Assembly: GCA_010909165.1 (NCBI GenBank)
Contig: MU008180.1
Location: forward strand, 371,884 to 435,883
Source of the DNA: Anthoceros angustus
Lineage: Eukaryota > Plantae > Anthocerotophyta
Length of the DNA: 64,000 bases
Direction: 5' to 3'
Part shown: positions 1 to 11,529 of the stretch, one piece after another
Position numbering within the stretch: the stretch's first letter is position 1
Layout: each line of letters opens with the position of its first letter
The notes under the pieces: generated by a model
The model's database searches: none
What the model saw: only the letters and a program-made list of their open reading frames with translations
What the model was told of the DNA's origin: nothing
Position numbers and translations under genes: made by a program

Positions 1-1900
1 GCCTTCCTTTGCCTCTCCCGGTAAAGCTTGCCATACTTATTCAAGTCGGTCAGCCCATCGCGCTGCATGTCGAATTTTCTTGTCACCGTTCCCTCCGCTG
101 CAAGCTTACCTGCAGAGGGTATGCACGCGTCATGCTCAAGAAATTTGACCTCCCACCACAACAGGGGCTCGAAAGTTGCACCCAACACCAATTCGTCAGC
201 CCAACCAGCCTGCTACCACCCAATTAACAACATTTGGCCATAGCGCATGTTAGCAATTACCGTCAGCTGCCTCAGAAAATACGCACATCGCGCCAAAGTG
301 CTTCACCGAATTAAGCTCATACTTGGTCGGTGATAACTCTCCATCCTTCCGGGCACCTGCAAGGAATACTGCGCAAGCATGGCCAGAGTGAGGTCATCCT
401 CGACGTCTACTCACAGGTCTCTACAACCCTAGCTAAACAAACCGCGCCGATAGCTGGGAGCGAGCGGGAATGCGATGTGGTGTCTGTCATGGCACCTTTG
501 GAAGAGCCTGAGGGTTGAGCAGATCCCAAGCAACAGTCATCCGACCCACTGGCTCTGTGCTTCCTGCATCGCGCCTCTGCTCCCATGACTTCGGCAGCTC
601 ATGATCAGCTGGAACCTTGAGCAAGAAAGCATTGCGCCTGGCCCTTGTAGTATTCAGTTGTATCTCAGGCAGCCGCCGAGGCATCAGTTTCGTCATCGCT
701 GCCTTGTACACCGGCCATGTTGTCTCGCTGTGAGACCTTGAGGGGCTCACGGCTGTAGGCGACCAGCTGCAGGAACGATGCAAGGGTTTGTTCGAGCCGG
801 GTTTTCAAGCATATATCGGCTGCGGGCTTAGGACTTCGAAATCAGAATCTCGGACAAAGGCACACGTATGCTTATCGCGATTCTACCGAAAGTGAATGAA
901 ACGAACTGCATATATATTTGGGGCAGCGTCGCTGTCCCCAACTGGAGCTTGAGCGACGCAGTCTGATTACGAAATGAGCCTCCGCGCCAATCTGTAGACA
1001 CGCGACTCATCTCAATGCTTTCTCTCCAGAGATGAATCGATGCAGGAGCATGATCGCTTATTCTGTCGGTGAATTCTGCTCCAACTGCCTGATCCTTTGA
1101 ACTGGAAGGCTATAAGGACTGACTCGTTTGAGCTGGAAGGTTGGAAACATGGCTGCGACACCAGAAGGTAACAACGAGATGGCGAATGGAATGACAGACT
1201 GGCTCAGGGTGATGGAAGGCTCAGGCTGAGGACTTTCCAGGTGAGCTGGGAGGAGGTGAAATGGGAGTGGAACACGGATGAGAAAGCCTACCCTTGTCCA
1301 ATTTCGATCGAGCTGAGTTCTGCAGGTCTCATTGCATAAATTCAAGACCTGGGACTGTACCATATTCTTAGTCACTGTGCTTCCAATTGCAAGCAAAGAG
1401 CTGGGGAACTAAGACAACGGAGGCTAGGGTTCCAATCATTCTCGATTCTTGTTACAAGTGTGTTCAAGTTGGCTCTTGTGTAGGAGGATGGGGAGGAAGG
1501 GGAACATGCTGGTGGTCGGGGACTCCATCAATTCAACCAGGAGGTGTTCGTGATTTTGGTGAACCACATCGTGGTAAGCAAACCAATTAGGTGGAGAGCG
1601 CCCTTGACCTCGGGAGTGTGGCACATAGCTGGGACATCATCAGGTCTGCAAAGATGTGCTTGGGGACAGGGATTCCGCGTGGAGAATGTAAGAGATGACA
1701 GACTAGACTGTCTGTCATCCAGTGGATGGACGAGGACAAGGTCAAGCAATCACATGGAGTATCCATGGATCAAGCTTGTGGAGCCCTGCAACATCTCGTC
1801 TTGGTGCTCACCAGACGAGCGCACTTTGAGAATGATGCCAAATTTACAGCTTGAGACCAAATTTCAATATGCGCATAATCCAAATCCTAACAACAACGTA
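1..1900 (-). mobile_element. Degenerate, internally deleted non-LTR (L1/Tx1-like LINE) ORF2 remnant
   Basis: Minus-strand translation shows APE-endonuclease-like motifs in the expected order: NDWN (~1430, cf. GDFN), TQLDRN (~1310, cf. RLDR) and ISDHAP (~1050, cf. SDH). A post-RT motif follows, RNAFLL..GRMTVAWDLL..PK (~500-640, cf. FLW..VAW..PK..GG). No RT core is visible. Boundaries are approximate. Confidence 0.55.
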
Positions 1901-4900
1901 CCATTGTCATTGCAGTGAAGTACCGAGGTGATAAAATATTATACTTGTATGTACATAGTTAGAGTGGCAGGTGCATTTAGTATCCAAAAGTAGGTAAGAA
2001 TTAGGCTTCGGCGGCGGTCCCATAATGCGCACCATCAAGGCCGCGCGAAACGAAACGTCTCAGTATCGTCTCAAGCTCCTTCCTCAGCATCTCCTTCTGC
2101 ATTCTCTGCATCCATCGATTCGCTTGAAGCCGGAATGGATATGGACGGTGCCGCAACTGCTGGGGCCAAAGGATTGGACTCGGCTGATGCTGCCGGGGAA
2201 ATCCGATACACGCAGTCCAGGATTTCGACGGTCTTCTCCAAGAGGAAAGCGCTCTCCGCTTGCTCCACTTTGCGGGACTTGCTGGAGAGGCTTCGGCGTG
2301 GAGACTTGGCTGTGACAGACGTGTCCCCGATCCGTGTGGTGATGCACGAAGGCGTCCCCTACAGCCTGGACAACAGGAGGCTTTGGGTGTTCAAGGAGCT
2401 CAGGAAGCCCATTCCGGTGAAAGTCCTCTCCTTGGAGGAGTGCAGGAAGGAGTTCTTCCAAAAGTGGGACTCCAAATCCTCGGGGAACAGCGTGTCGCTC
2501 AACGAGGAGTGGGATCGGAAGGAGAAGTTTCACCCAACGCAGATGGTGAACCATATCCTGAGCTGGTCGCTGGAGAACGTGCAGACAAAGTGGCTGCACG
2601 TGAACAAGGTAGTGGTTTGGATTGGTGTAATGAGGTTGTGTGAAGTAGGAGAAACGGGTCTGATCATGCTGGTTTGAGGACTGAGTGTTGGGTTTGGTGT
2701 GCTGTGCACTCTGGGTGGCACAGGCAAAGCCGATTGGACTCACGTTCGACTCCATGGAGCAGTATGTGACGGGCTTTAAGTGGCCTCTGCTGGAGGAGAC
2801 AAGGGCGCCATTCAACAGCAGCTGGAGGAAATCAGCCGCGCCCGATTCCATGTCTCGGGCCGACAACTCGCGATCGGACATGCTGCTGGTAGTCATGACG
2901 CTCGATTGAAAACACTTGAGCTCGAGGTGTCAGGAGGGACTTACCAACCCAGAAGCAACGATCTGGTTCTGTTCTCAACAGTAGACCCAAAGGGTCTTCA
3001 TGCCCTTCATAGGGCGTCCACATGTTTGGCTTCCTTAGGCGTAAGGTGAGCAAGCTTGGAGGCTGTCAAGGTAACTTGCATTTCAAGACTGTAGTATATG
3101 CACCGGATGAGAGTCCGGAGTATGCTGCTCTGCGGGATGGCAAGGCAACATGGACCATTCTCCACATCACCAACTTAGCTACGACTATTAGGATTTGGGA
3201 CAGTTTGGAGCTACTGTATCGTAATTCTAAATCTGAAGTACTTGCATTACCAGTACTGCAAGATATTCTCCAGGCGGACTATAACTGCTCGGTATGCTTT
3301 ACACCGTATGGGATAATCTCGTGGTGGTTCTGAAGTCTGGAGGTCATTCTATTTTCTTATCACATGAACTTACATTACTGTTATCATGGCTCACTGCAGT
3401 TTATCAGCTTGCAGACAACCTGATCATGTTCGGATGGAAATTTGGTTTGATGTTTTGTGCACAGGTGCCCAGGTGCCAACATATGGCTTTTGATGAAGTA
3501 GAGCTGCCACTCAGGAAATACTGTGAGGATGTCAGAGCCATGAATCAGTCCCAAGTGGAAGCAGTCGTAGATGCAGTGTCTGGACTTGTGAACCGAGTTG
3601 GACCACGAGTAAGACTGATCCAAGGTCCGCCAGGGACGGGAAGACTACCCTGCTGGTATCTCTGCTGTCTATACTTTCCAGCATGAACTACAGAGTCCAC
3701 ATGTCTGCACCAACCAACACAGCCATTTGTGAGGTTGCTTCCAGGTTGTGTCACAGATGTTGGTCTCTAAGCACAACAATGTCCAGTTTGGTGCTTGTTT
3801 CGGATTTGAGGATTCGTGGACGCGAAGGAAGCAGGATGTTGAATTTGGGAGACGTAGTGCTTATTGGGCGCGAGGAGGCAATAGACCTCAAGACCCACAA
3901 AGTGCTGGAATATATTTATCTGCCCTGCATAGCAAACACATTGAAGGAATCAGCTTTGTGTTTTGTCACTGCCTATAAGAAATGTGCCGAGGCGCTCAGA
4001 AAATTCCTGCAGTGTGCGTTAGGAGAGTATGTGAGGCATTCCAAAGTTTTAGCGGCCGCTCACAACAGGGAAGAGTCACGACCATTAGCCACTTTCGTGA
4101 GGAAGAATTTGGAGGTCCTGATTTCGTCTATGGTCCACCATGGTCATATCATGTGCCAGGACGTCTCAAGTGTTTTTCTCAGCTCTCAAACAAAGAAGGG
4201 CGCCCGTCATATTGTAGACCTCAGAGAGAAACTTCTTGGGTATTTCGATATGCATGATCTTTCTGATGAACACATAAGCATATGGCTGTCCGAAACACAC
4301 GCAGAGCGTAGCCCTGAAGCAGGAGGACATAGTACGGAGCTGGTGAACTTCGAGGATTTCGTGAAGATGAAAAAGGATTTTTTACTCATTCTGGACTCCT
4401 GTAGACTGCCGGGTTATAGTATGCTTGCAGGAAAAGAACCTTCTGCAGACTACCTTGAAAAGCATTGTATCAGACACGCCAAGATTCTCTTCAGTACGGT
4501 GGCCTCAGGTGGCCGCCAATGTGTGAAACGTTCTGGCGCCTTCGACTGTGTGGTGATTGATGAAGCCTCCCAACTTGTGGAGGCAGAAACGTTGGTGATA
4601 ACACAGTCCCCCGAATTGCAACAAGTTTTGCTGGTGGGGGACCATAAACAGTTGGCACCCACGGTTCTCAGTCAGGTAACTTTTCTTGATAAGCAGGCTT
4701 TTACTCGTGCTTGGGCCAACTTCATGGGACCGTTCCATGGACTTCCCATGAAGCCTGAAAGTGGGTGTTGATGATCTGCTATATTACATAGGTGGCAAAG
4801 AAGTGGGAATACGGTCGCAGCCTCTTCACCAGACTCCACAAGCTGAATCGTCCCTGCCAAATGCTGAATGTGCAGTATCGGATGCATCCCGACATCAGTC

Positions 4901-5520
4901 TCTTCCCTAACAGGACGTTTTATGCCGGGCATGTCAGCAACGGTGCCAATGTTTGGGCCAAAGAATATTCGATCAAGCCGTTTCAACACACATTCATGAA
5001 AAAATACAGCTTCCTGGATATTTCAGATGGAACAGAGGAAACGGACAACAGAAAACGCTCTTACATCAATCTGGTGGAAGTAGCGATTGTGATACATCTG
5101 ATCGATAGCCTCAACCAAGGTACGTAGAGTGACTTGTGGTCGCTGCGCAGCCTGCATTATTTCGGAAATCTTGCTTTCATGAACACATGTGTTATATGCA
5201 TAACCTCCATACTCTGTGCTGCCTCATCGTCTTTCAAAATCAAACATCGTTGGCGAGCTGACGGATTGTGCTCGTCAGTGTGTGCAGCGAACCGCATTTC
5301 CCTGTCGGTTGGAGTCATAGCTCCATATCGTGGACAAGTAGAGGAGCTGGCCCGACGTCTCAGTGGGGACGGCAGGACCTTTTCCAACGTCTCGCCCGAA
5401 GTGCGATCAATTGATGGATTTCAGGGCCGGGAGAAAGACGTCATCATTTTCTCCACAGTTCGAGCGAATTCCTCAAGACACATCGGCTTCCTTTCAGCTA
5501 AAGAGCGACTGAACGTTGCG

Positions 5521-5717
5521 ATAACCAGAGCCAGGTTAGTAAGCCATTACCCCTTGAGACCTGTAATGTGTTGTAACCACATTAGCCCAAAAGATCTGAC
5601 CTGAACAAGATAATTTTGATAACCAGAGCCAGGTTAGTAAGCCATTACCACTTGAGACAAGTAATGTGTTGTAACTACATTAGCCCAAAAGATCTGGCCT
5701 GATGAACATAATTTTTG
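5521..5717 (+). repeat. Tandem duplication (~98 bp x2) of exon 3' end plus splice donor
   Basis: ataaccagagccag|gttagtaagccattac... starts at 5521 and again at 5619. Confidence 0.9.
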
Positions 5718-5762
5718 CCAAAATGTAAGCACCTGCTGTCAGAACGTCTAATGTAAAACTTC

Positions 5763-5846
5763 TGTCAGAAGTGGGATTTGAACCCACGCCCCCTCTCGGA
5801 GACCAGAACTTGAGTCTGGCGCCTTAGACCACTCGGCCATCCTGAC
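5763..5846 (-). tRNA. trnL-CAA: tRNA-Leu (anticodon CAA), intronic and antisense to helicase copy 1
   Basis: Reverse complement reads GTCAGGATGGCCGAGTGGTCTAAGGCGCCAGACTCAAGTTCTGGTCTCCGAGAGGGGGCGTGGGTTCAAATCCCACTTCTGACA. It has an intact acceptor stem, A and B boxes, CAA anticodon loop and long variable arm, with a T4 run just downstream. Confidence 0.97.
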
Positions 5847-7255
5847 GCACGTGCTCGATGTGCGGATGCCGTGTTATCAGGTATGCTATGTGGATTGTGG
5901 GCAATGCCCGCACCCTCTCGTCAGGCAACAGCCTCTGGAGCTCGCTAATCCAAGACTGCAAGGACAGAAACTGCCTTGTCAAGCCGGATCACACTATGGT
6001 CAAAGTGATCCATCAAGCAAAGACAGAGATGAATAAACTGGAGGACCTGCTGAAGCCCGAATCTTGTCTGTTCAGCAATACGCCGTGGCAGGTAACATCA
6101 TGTAGACAGCGCTCTCACTCGGTCAGCTCTCTTGCGATTTTAAACTTGGTGCCCTTTCATTGCCCGTGCAGGTATTGCCCAGTATGGAGATGACGAGGAC
6201 CATGTCAAACTTGAAATCGATGCGGGATCGCCAATGTCTGCTTAGTGCAATCGTGGAATTGGCAGAGGGACAACATGCAACCAACAGGATGTATCGCCGG
6301 GAGTTCAGAGGTCTTCATGCCGACTTCTTCTTCTTCCGTCCGGTGGGTAATTATTTTCTGGTTTGGAGCGTGGACATCAAAATTGGTACAGAGTTGAAGC
6401 AGGTTTTGAAGGTCTGGGACGCCGTAGAGGTGGAAAAGGTTGCCACTTTGTTGTCCAGACTGGAGAGAGCATATTCTACATACACAGAAGACTATGTGAA
6501 GATGTGCACAATGAGGCAGGTCACCAGGTATGTCCGATTTCCAACTGTCGGTCTTCCAGCTTATATGCGGGCACACTAGGCGTCTTGATTGTGTAAGATT
6601 AGGGTTTAATGGTCTGACTGAGCCCTTTTACTTCGAATCAGGGGATCGAGTATTGTTTCTCCCATGAGGTGGGAGCTAAAAAACACGTTTGTGCGATTCA
6701 AGTGGGAGAATGAATCCAGGTTTGTGCGAAGGACGGGTGCTGGAGAAGGCTCCCGTGGATGAGAGTAGGCATCCTGGTCATGATGTTCTATGCTCTAAAC
6801 ATCATGACCAGGATACCCAAGGTAGCTCGTCTGATTATAACAGGAAGCTGAGCTTTGAGCTACCCTTTTAGTTGAAGGGTGATGAGGATCGGATCCTTCG
6901 GAATGAAGAGAGAAGTTACAAATTTGGTAAGTTGGGCACAGAGAAGATCACCGTGGAAACGAGGAAGATGACGGGAAGCCACCAGCTTTTTCGATTCAAG
7001 AACTATGATTTGAGGAAGCTAATGACCATGTAGAAAGCAGGCAGCTGCACGCCATGGTTACATGCTAAAGGCCAGTCCAGTTGACAAGGAAGTACACAGC
7101 TGTGTGCAGTAACAAGCGACACAGCGGTAAGAAGCCTCTTTGTCACTACCATCAATGCATGCTGCATCGTTCTCAGGAATGGATCGAATGCTGTTGTCAG
7201 AACTTTCCTGCTGCCAAAAACCACGTATTCCACCCCTCTTTCCATAACTCCATCA

Positions 7256-7450
7256 CTCCATCTGCGAGTTAAGTTTCTGACCCTTGTACAAAGCTCCAAT
7301 GCTAGCACATGCGAAGCAAGAAATCATGACAGGATCACCCGTCGTGATGCCCTCCTGCTGCATAGCTGTATACGAATTCAGAGATTCTTGACCAAGCCCA
7401 TGCTCATAACTGGCGATCCATATGATAGGATTTCCTGTCGCGACATGAGC
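7256..7450 (-). pseudogene. PLS-class PPR gene remnant
   Basis: 7417->7256 translates as IASYEHGLGQESLNSYTAMQQEGITTGDPVMISCFACASIGALYKGQKLNSQME, matching the P/L-motif consensus (Y..HG.G.EAL..F..MQ.EG..PD.VT...L.AC.S.GAL..G..IH). Flanks are frameshifted. Confidence 0.65.
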
Positions 7451-7505
7451 TCAGTTGCTGGCGTGTCACAGTTGCTGCAGCGAGCGTTGTGCAGGACGAC
7501 CAACT

Positions 7506-7768
7506 TGTCATAGATTCAATCCTCTGCTACTTACTCCAGTATATTAGGATATACTAGGATATTCACTCTCGAGTCTAGGGCTTACCTCCTCGATAGTTGC
7601 CTAGCCTAAGGGCTATGTATTTAGCACCTTGTGCACCATATTTATGTGTATTGTGGAGCCTATCTAAGCGAGTGGTGCTATTGCGTGTGCCATCCATTGC
7701 CTCTGCTTGTGTCTAAGCATGTTGATCCTGTGTGTTGCCCGGTGTGTTGTGTCGAGCTAGTTCTTACA
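7506..7768 (+). repeat. 5' LTR of Copia element 1 (TG...CA)
   Basis: Reads tgtca...cttaca, is immediately followed by PBS tggtatcagagc, and is homologous to 46470-46812. Confidence 0.85.
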
Positions 7769-7780
7769 TGGTATCAGAGC
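7769..7780 (+). promoter_or_regulatory. Primer-binding site (tRNA-iMet) of Copia 1
   Basis: TGGTATCAGAGC directly after the LTR. Confidence 0.92.
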
Positions 7781-7824
7781 AGGAACACTAATCGCGAGAC
7801 TTGATAAGAGGGGACGGAGTTGTG

Positions 7825-9280
7825 ATGGCGATGGGCTCAAGTAACCACCGCGGCCTTGAGGACGCGGGTGTTTGATGGAACGGAGTTCCATGTATGGAAA
7901 AGGTCCATGAAGGTTACTGGCGATGGCGGAGGGGCGTATGGCATTGCCGAGGGCAAAGAGCCAAAACCCGAAGATGAGGGGAGAGAGCAGAGAGAATGGA
8001 TGCGGAGAGACCACAAGTCTGACTCTCCTATATGAATCTCTCTCGGTCCGGTGAAGGTCGGAGAACCAGACAAGGGCACGGAGTACATTTGGAATGTTCT
8101 CAATGAGAAATATGGCCAGAAGGGAGCAGGTGAAGTATTTCACTTGTTTTGTTGTGTGACGACATTGAAGTATTCAGACGGAGACGATTTGCGAAAGCAC
8201 ATTGACACCTTTCACGAACTGTTTACAGCGCTAGCATCAGCTAACGAGCGCTTTGCTATCCAGGAGGACATACAGAAGATGTTTCTATATCGTTTTATGC
8301 CCGAACCTTGGTCAGGGTTCATAGATTTCCTAATAGCCCAAGACACTCTCACATGGGAGGAGGTCACCTCTAAGATGTTGGCGAAGGAGACTCACCAGTT
8401 GGACGCAATGGCGGGATCTTCAACAGGTCCGGAGCATGCGATGTTCATCAAGGGGAAGGGACGGAACAACCGGAACAAGGATAAGCAGGGGTAGTCCTCG
8501 CAGGGACAGAAGGACAAGAGAATAGTGAAGAGGGGATAGTGCCGGAAATGCTTCAAGTATGGTCATTATGAGAAGGATTGCAAGGATGGGAAGACCGCAC
8601 ATCTTACGGAGGGTGAGAGTAAAGGTGAGGTTGCGGAGGCAACGCTCGCAGAAGAAGTATCGCACGCGTGCTACAGTACACAAGCGAAACGATACCTGAC
8701 GATAGATTCTGCATGTACATCCTTTATGGTGAAGGATAAGGAGCTCCTTCAAGACTACAGGAGGGAGAAGACAGCGGTGCGCCTAGGGAACGATAGCGAG
8801 ATAGGCGTCGAGGGTGTGGGGGAGTACAGGCTCAGATTGCTCGATGGCAAGGTCAAGGCAATGGAAGGAGCGTTGTTTGTACCGAACCTACGTAGAAATC
8901 TCATGTCCGTGGCACCATTGCCCGATGCAGTCTTCAGGTCCTTTTTACGAAGAAGGAAGTTTTGTTTCTGAAGAATGGTCAGATGCATGGCGATGTGGTG
9001 GCAAAAGGCTACCGTACAGGGAACTTGTACCAGATGGAGGTTCCTAACGACCAAGAGGTTCTGACAGTGTCGGAGAAAGGTGGAAATGCCTTACTGTGGC
9101 ATAGACGGTTTGGGCATACCAACTTGAAGTTTCTCCTGGAGATGGAGCGGAAGAAGCTCGTGACAGGCATGGAGCTCCAGAAGGCAGAACTTGGTCTGTG
9201 TGACGCTTGTATGAAAGGCAAGCATCCCCAAAGGTCTTATGTTTCAGTCACGAAGAGAGCAAAAGAAGTCTTGGAACTTG
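7825..9280 (+). mobile_element. Ty1/Copia gag-protease-GAG-pre-integrase (frameshifted), interrupted at 9281
   Basis: FDGTEFHVW, UBN2-like gag, knuckle KCFKYGHYEKDC, protease IDSACTSFM, LWHRRFGH, CDACMKGKH, and RAKEVLEL just before the insertion point. Confidence 0.92.
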
Positions 9281-11529
9281 CACTACTACAATGCATTGGG
9301 ATTTATGACGAGCTAGAAATAACGTCAACGAATTTCCGTCATAAATCCGACATATCTGGACACAACCGGTAGTCGAGCAGTGTACGGGATGCTTGGTAAC
9401 GGGATGAGTAAATGACGCGCGGTCCCAGCGTCATATTTCGGCCTGGTGCCCGGTCACATGTCCACTTTATGGGTGGTTTGCCGCCACCTTCCTTATTGCG
9501 GCTAGTGCCGCTAAGGGCCGGCCTCACTCGCTTGTGCTCGGACATGCCTGGACCCGCAAGGCGACACAGGTTTTCCCAAATGTCATTTCCGCCCAAAGCG
9601 AGGCCGGATCTCGATCGGAGCATGCATGAACCCCAGCTTGGACGATGTACACCGGACGTGAGGGACCCTGCCAGTCGCGATGAACCGGGTTCACTTGTTG
9701 TCCGTGCATTCTCAAGCGTGAGAAACGATTGGACCATAGACATAGTCTCGGGTCTCGCGGACAGGTGAAGTGGCAACACTTTATTGCACTTCCCCCTCAA
9801 TAGGCGCGACGCCAATTGAGTCTCAATCTGCCTGGACTCACACAGGCTGCATTGCGGCAACAAAATGCCCGAAGCCGGAATGACAAATCGGAAGTCCTTC
9901 GAATTGAACAACGGTCACAGGTTGGGCACTGGCCCCAACATCGATCTACGGGCAAAAAAACAATCCGCTACAGTTCGGAGCTGACAGTAAACAAGTTTGT
10001 GAGTTCGCAATTACGCGAGGGTCCGGTTCTGCCAGTGCCTAATCCAACTCAATCAAGGGGGCCATGACAATGACTTGCACAACCCGGCCCGAGGCTGAAA
10101 TTTGAAAGCATACGACTTGCCCGCCACAATGGCCCAGCCCTTCCTCCCTCCAATGCAATGGCAAGCGCGGACGATCAAATTGCACGCCCCAAGCACTTGA
10201 GCAGCTCCTTCTTCGTTGAATCGGACGCTGGAGTAGCACACCATATGCTCTGTATCATTGTAAACAAAGGGCAGGCGCATTGCGTGGCCAACAGATACAT
10301 GATTGTCGAGATCCTTCTTCAAAATTGAAATGTCCCCCAACTTGCGGCAAGTTGCATATAGAACATCTGTCATCACTCTCCACAGTCACATCCCGCGAGG
10401 CTCGGTGTCTATCCCAAGGAGGCCCCACTGTCTGCACATGAACTTGCCTGCCCATGTATGAGTCGCGAATCTCCTCGGTGCATATCGATTTCAACTCTCG
10501 GTCGGGATCATCACCTCTGGGTGCCCGAGGGAGGTGATCCCGATGTCGGCTCAAAAGCCGGTTCCGCTCTACGAGAATGTCAAACTTGCTCCCAAGCGGT
10601 AAGGGACAAAGAAAAGACGAGTTGCCGGTGTGCCTACCTCAACCACAACTGACAAATGCAGCAGGGGAGTCACAGTCCGCATTTCTTCAATGATATCGAC
10701 GATGTAAGCACCCAGCTCTTGCGCGGGCATTGCATAGCCCAGGAGTGCAGCACATGCCACCCACCAATTCCGAACGTCCCAGTGATGCATCTCACGACGA
10801 AGGCGGAGGGCGTCGTCCACCGCCGTGAGCAATTACAAACTCCGTTCTAGGCCACTCAACATAGTCGCCTCGCCACTGAGCACCCAATGACCATGCCGGG
10901 GTCCAAATTGCGGGGTGTCCACCGTCTGCACCGATATGCTTTGGCACACATAGTCCCGCAAGGGAGGTCTCGTGAATGCTCCCAGCTCCAGATAGGCTCT
11001 GGTCCATGCCGCGCAACACCGAAGCTTCCTCTTTGTGCCACAGGTGTCGCCACTTCCAAATGTACAGGTGTTTCTTCGGTGACAGAACGCCCTCCAGACG
11101 GCGGTGAACCTCCCCCAGATGCCACGGACGCAGAGATGATCCGAAGGGCCTATCGCCACATCCGCTACCGTGCCACAGTGTCGCCACATCGGCTACCGTG
11201 CCAATTCATGCCTTCGATTGCCAAGCTTGCCCCTCACTCATCACCGGTGCCATTCCAAACCACCGAATCGATCGGACGAACAGAGATGATCCGAAGGGCC
11301 TATCGCCAAGAAGGAACAGATGGGGATTGGGCAGAGCTTTCGCATTGGGCGTAGGTGCTATGTACTCGGACACTAACTCGAGCGTAAACCATGTCGGCGG
11401 TAGGAAGAAACCGATTCCACACAAGCGTAATCTACCGTCGATTCAAGATCGGTTTCGATGTGACCATTCACACTTGGGCGTAAAGGACTGGGAGCAAGAC
11501 ATTCCTGCTATCTGCCACATCTGGCTACC

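Larger units (their letters stand above)
2135..6990 (+). pseudogene. Copy 1: ParB/Srx-like domain + DUF6469 + SEN1/UPF1-like (DNA2/NAM7) SF1 helicase + start of UvrD/TRANK1-like module; frameshifted as assembled
   Basis: Exons inferred from GT-AG sites: 2135-2608, 2724-3291, 3465-4675, 4792-5119, 5279-5534, 5881-~6090, ~6171-6527. Motifs: [122 protein letters not shown]. Single-base deletions relative to copy 3 at ~2808, ~3020 and ~3641 (Walker A); stops near 6870. Confidence 0.85.

Noticed and set aside
2135-2608. Bacterial ParABS partition locus or contaminating prokaryotic DNA
   Set aside because: The ParB-like sequence is exon 1 of a spliced plant-type helicase gene. There is no ParA, HTH or parS context.
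7335-7349. 15-bp match tcacccgtcgtgatg shared with 49871-49885
   Set aside because: No flanking similarity; one copy is within the PPR remnant. Treated as chance.
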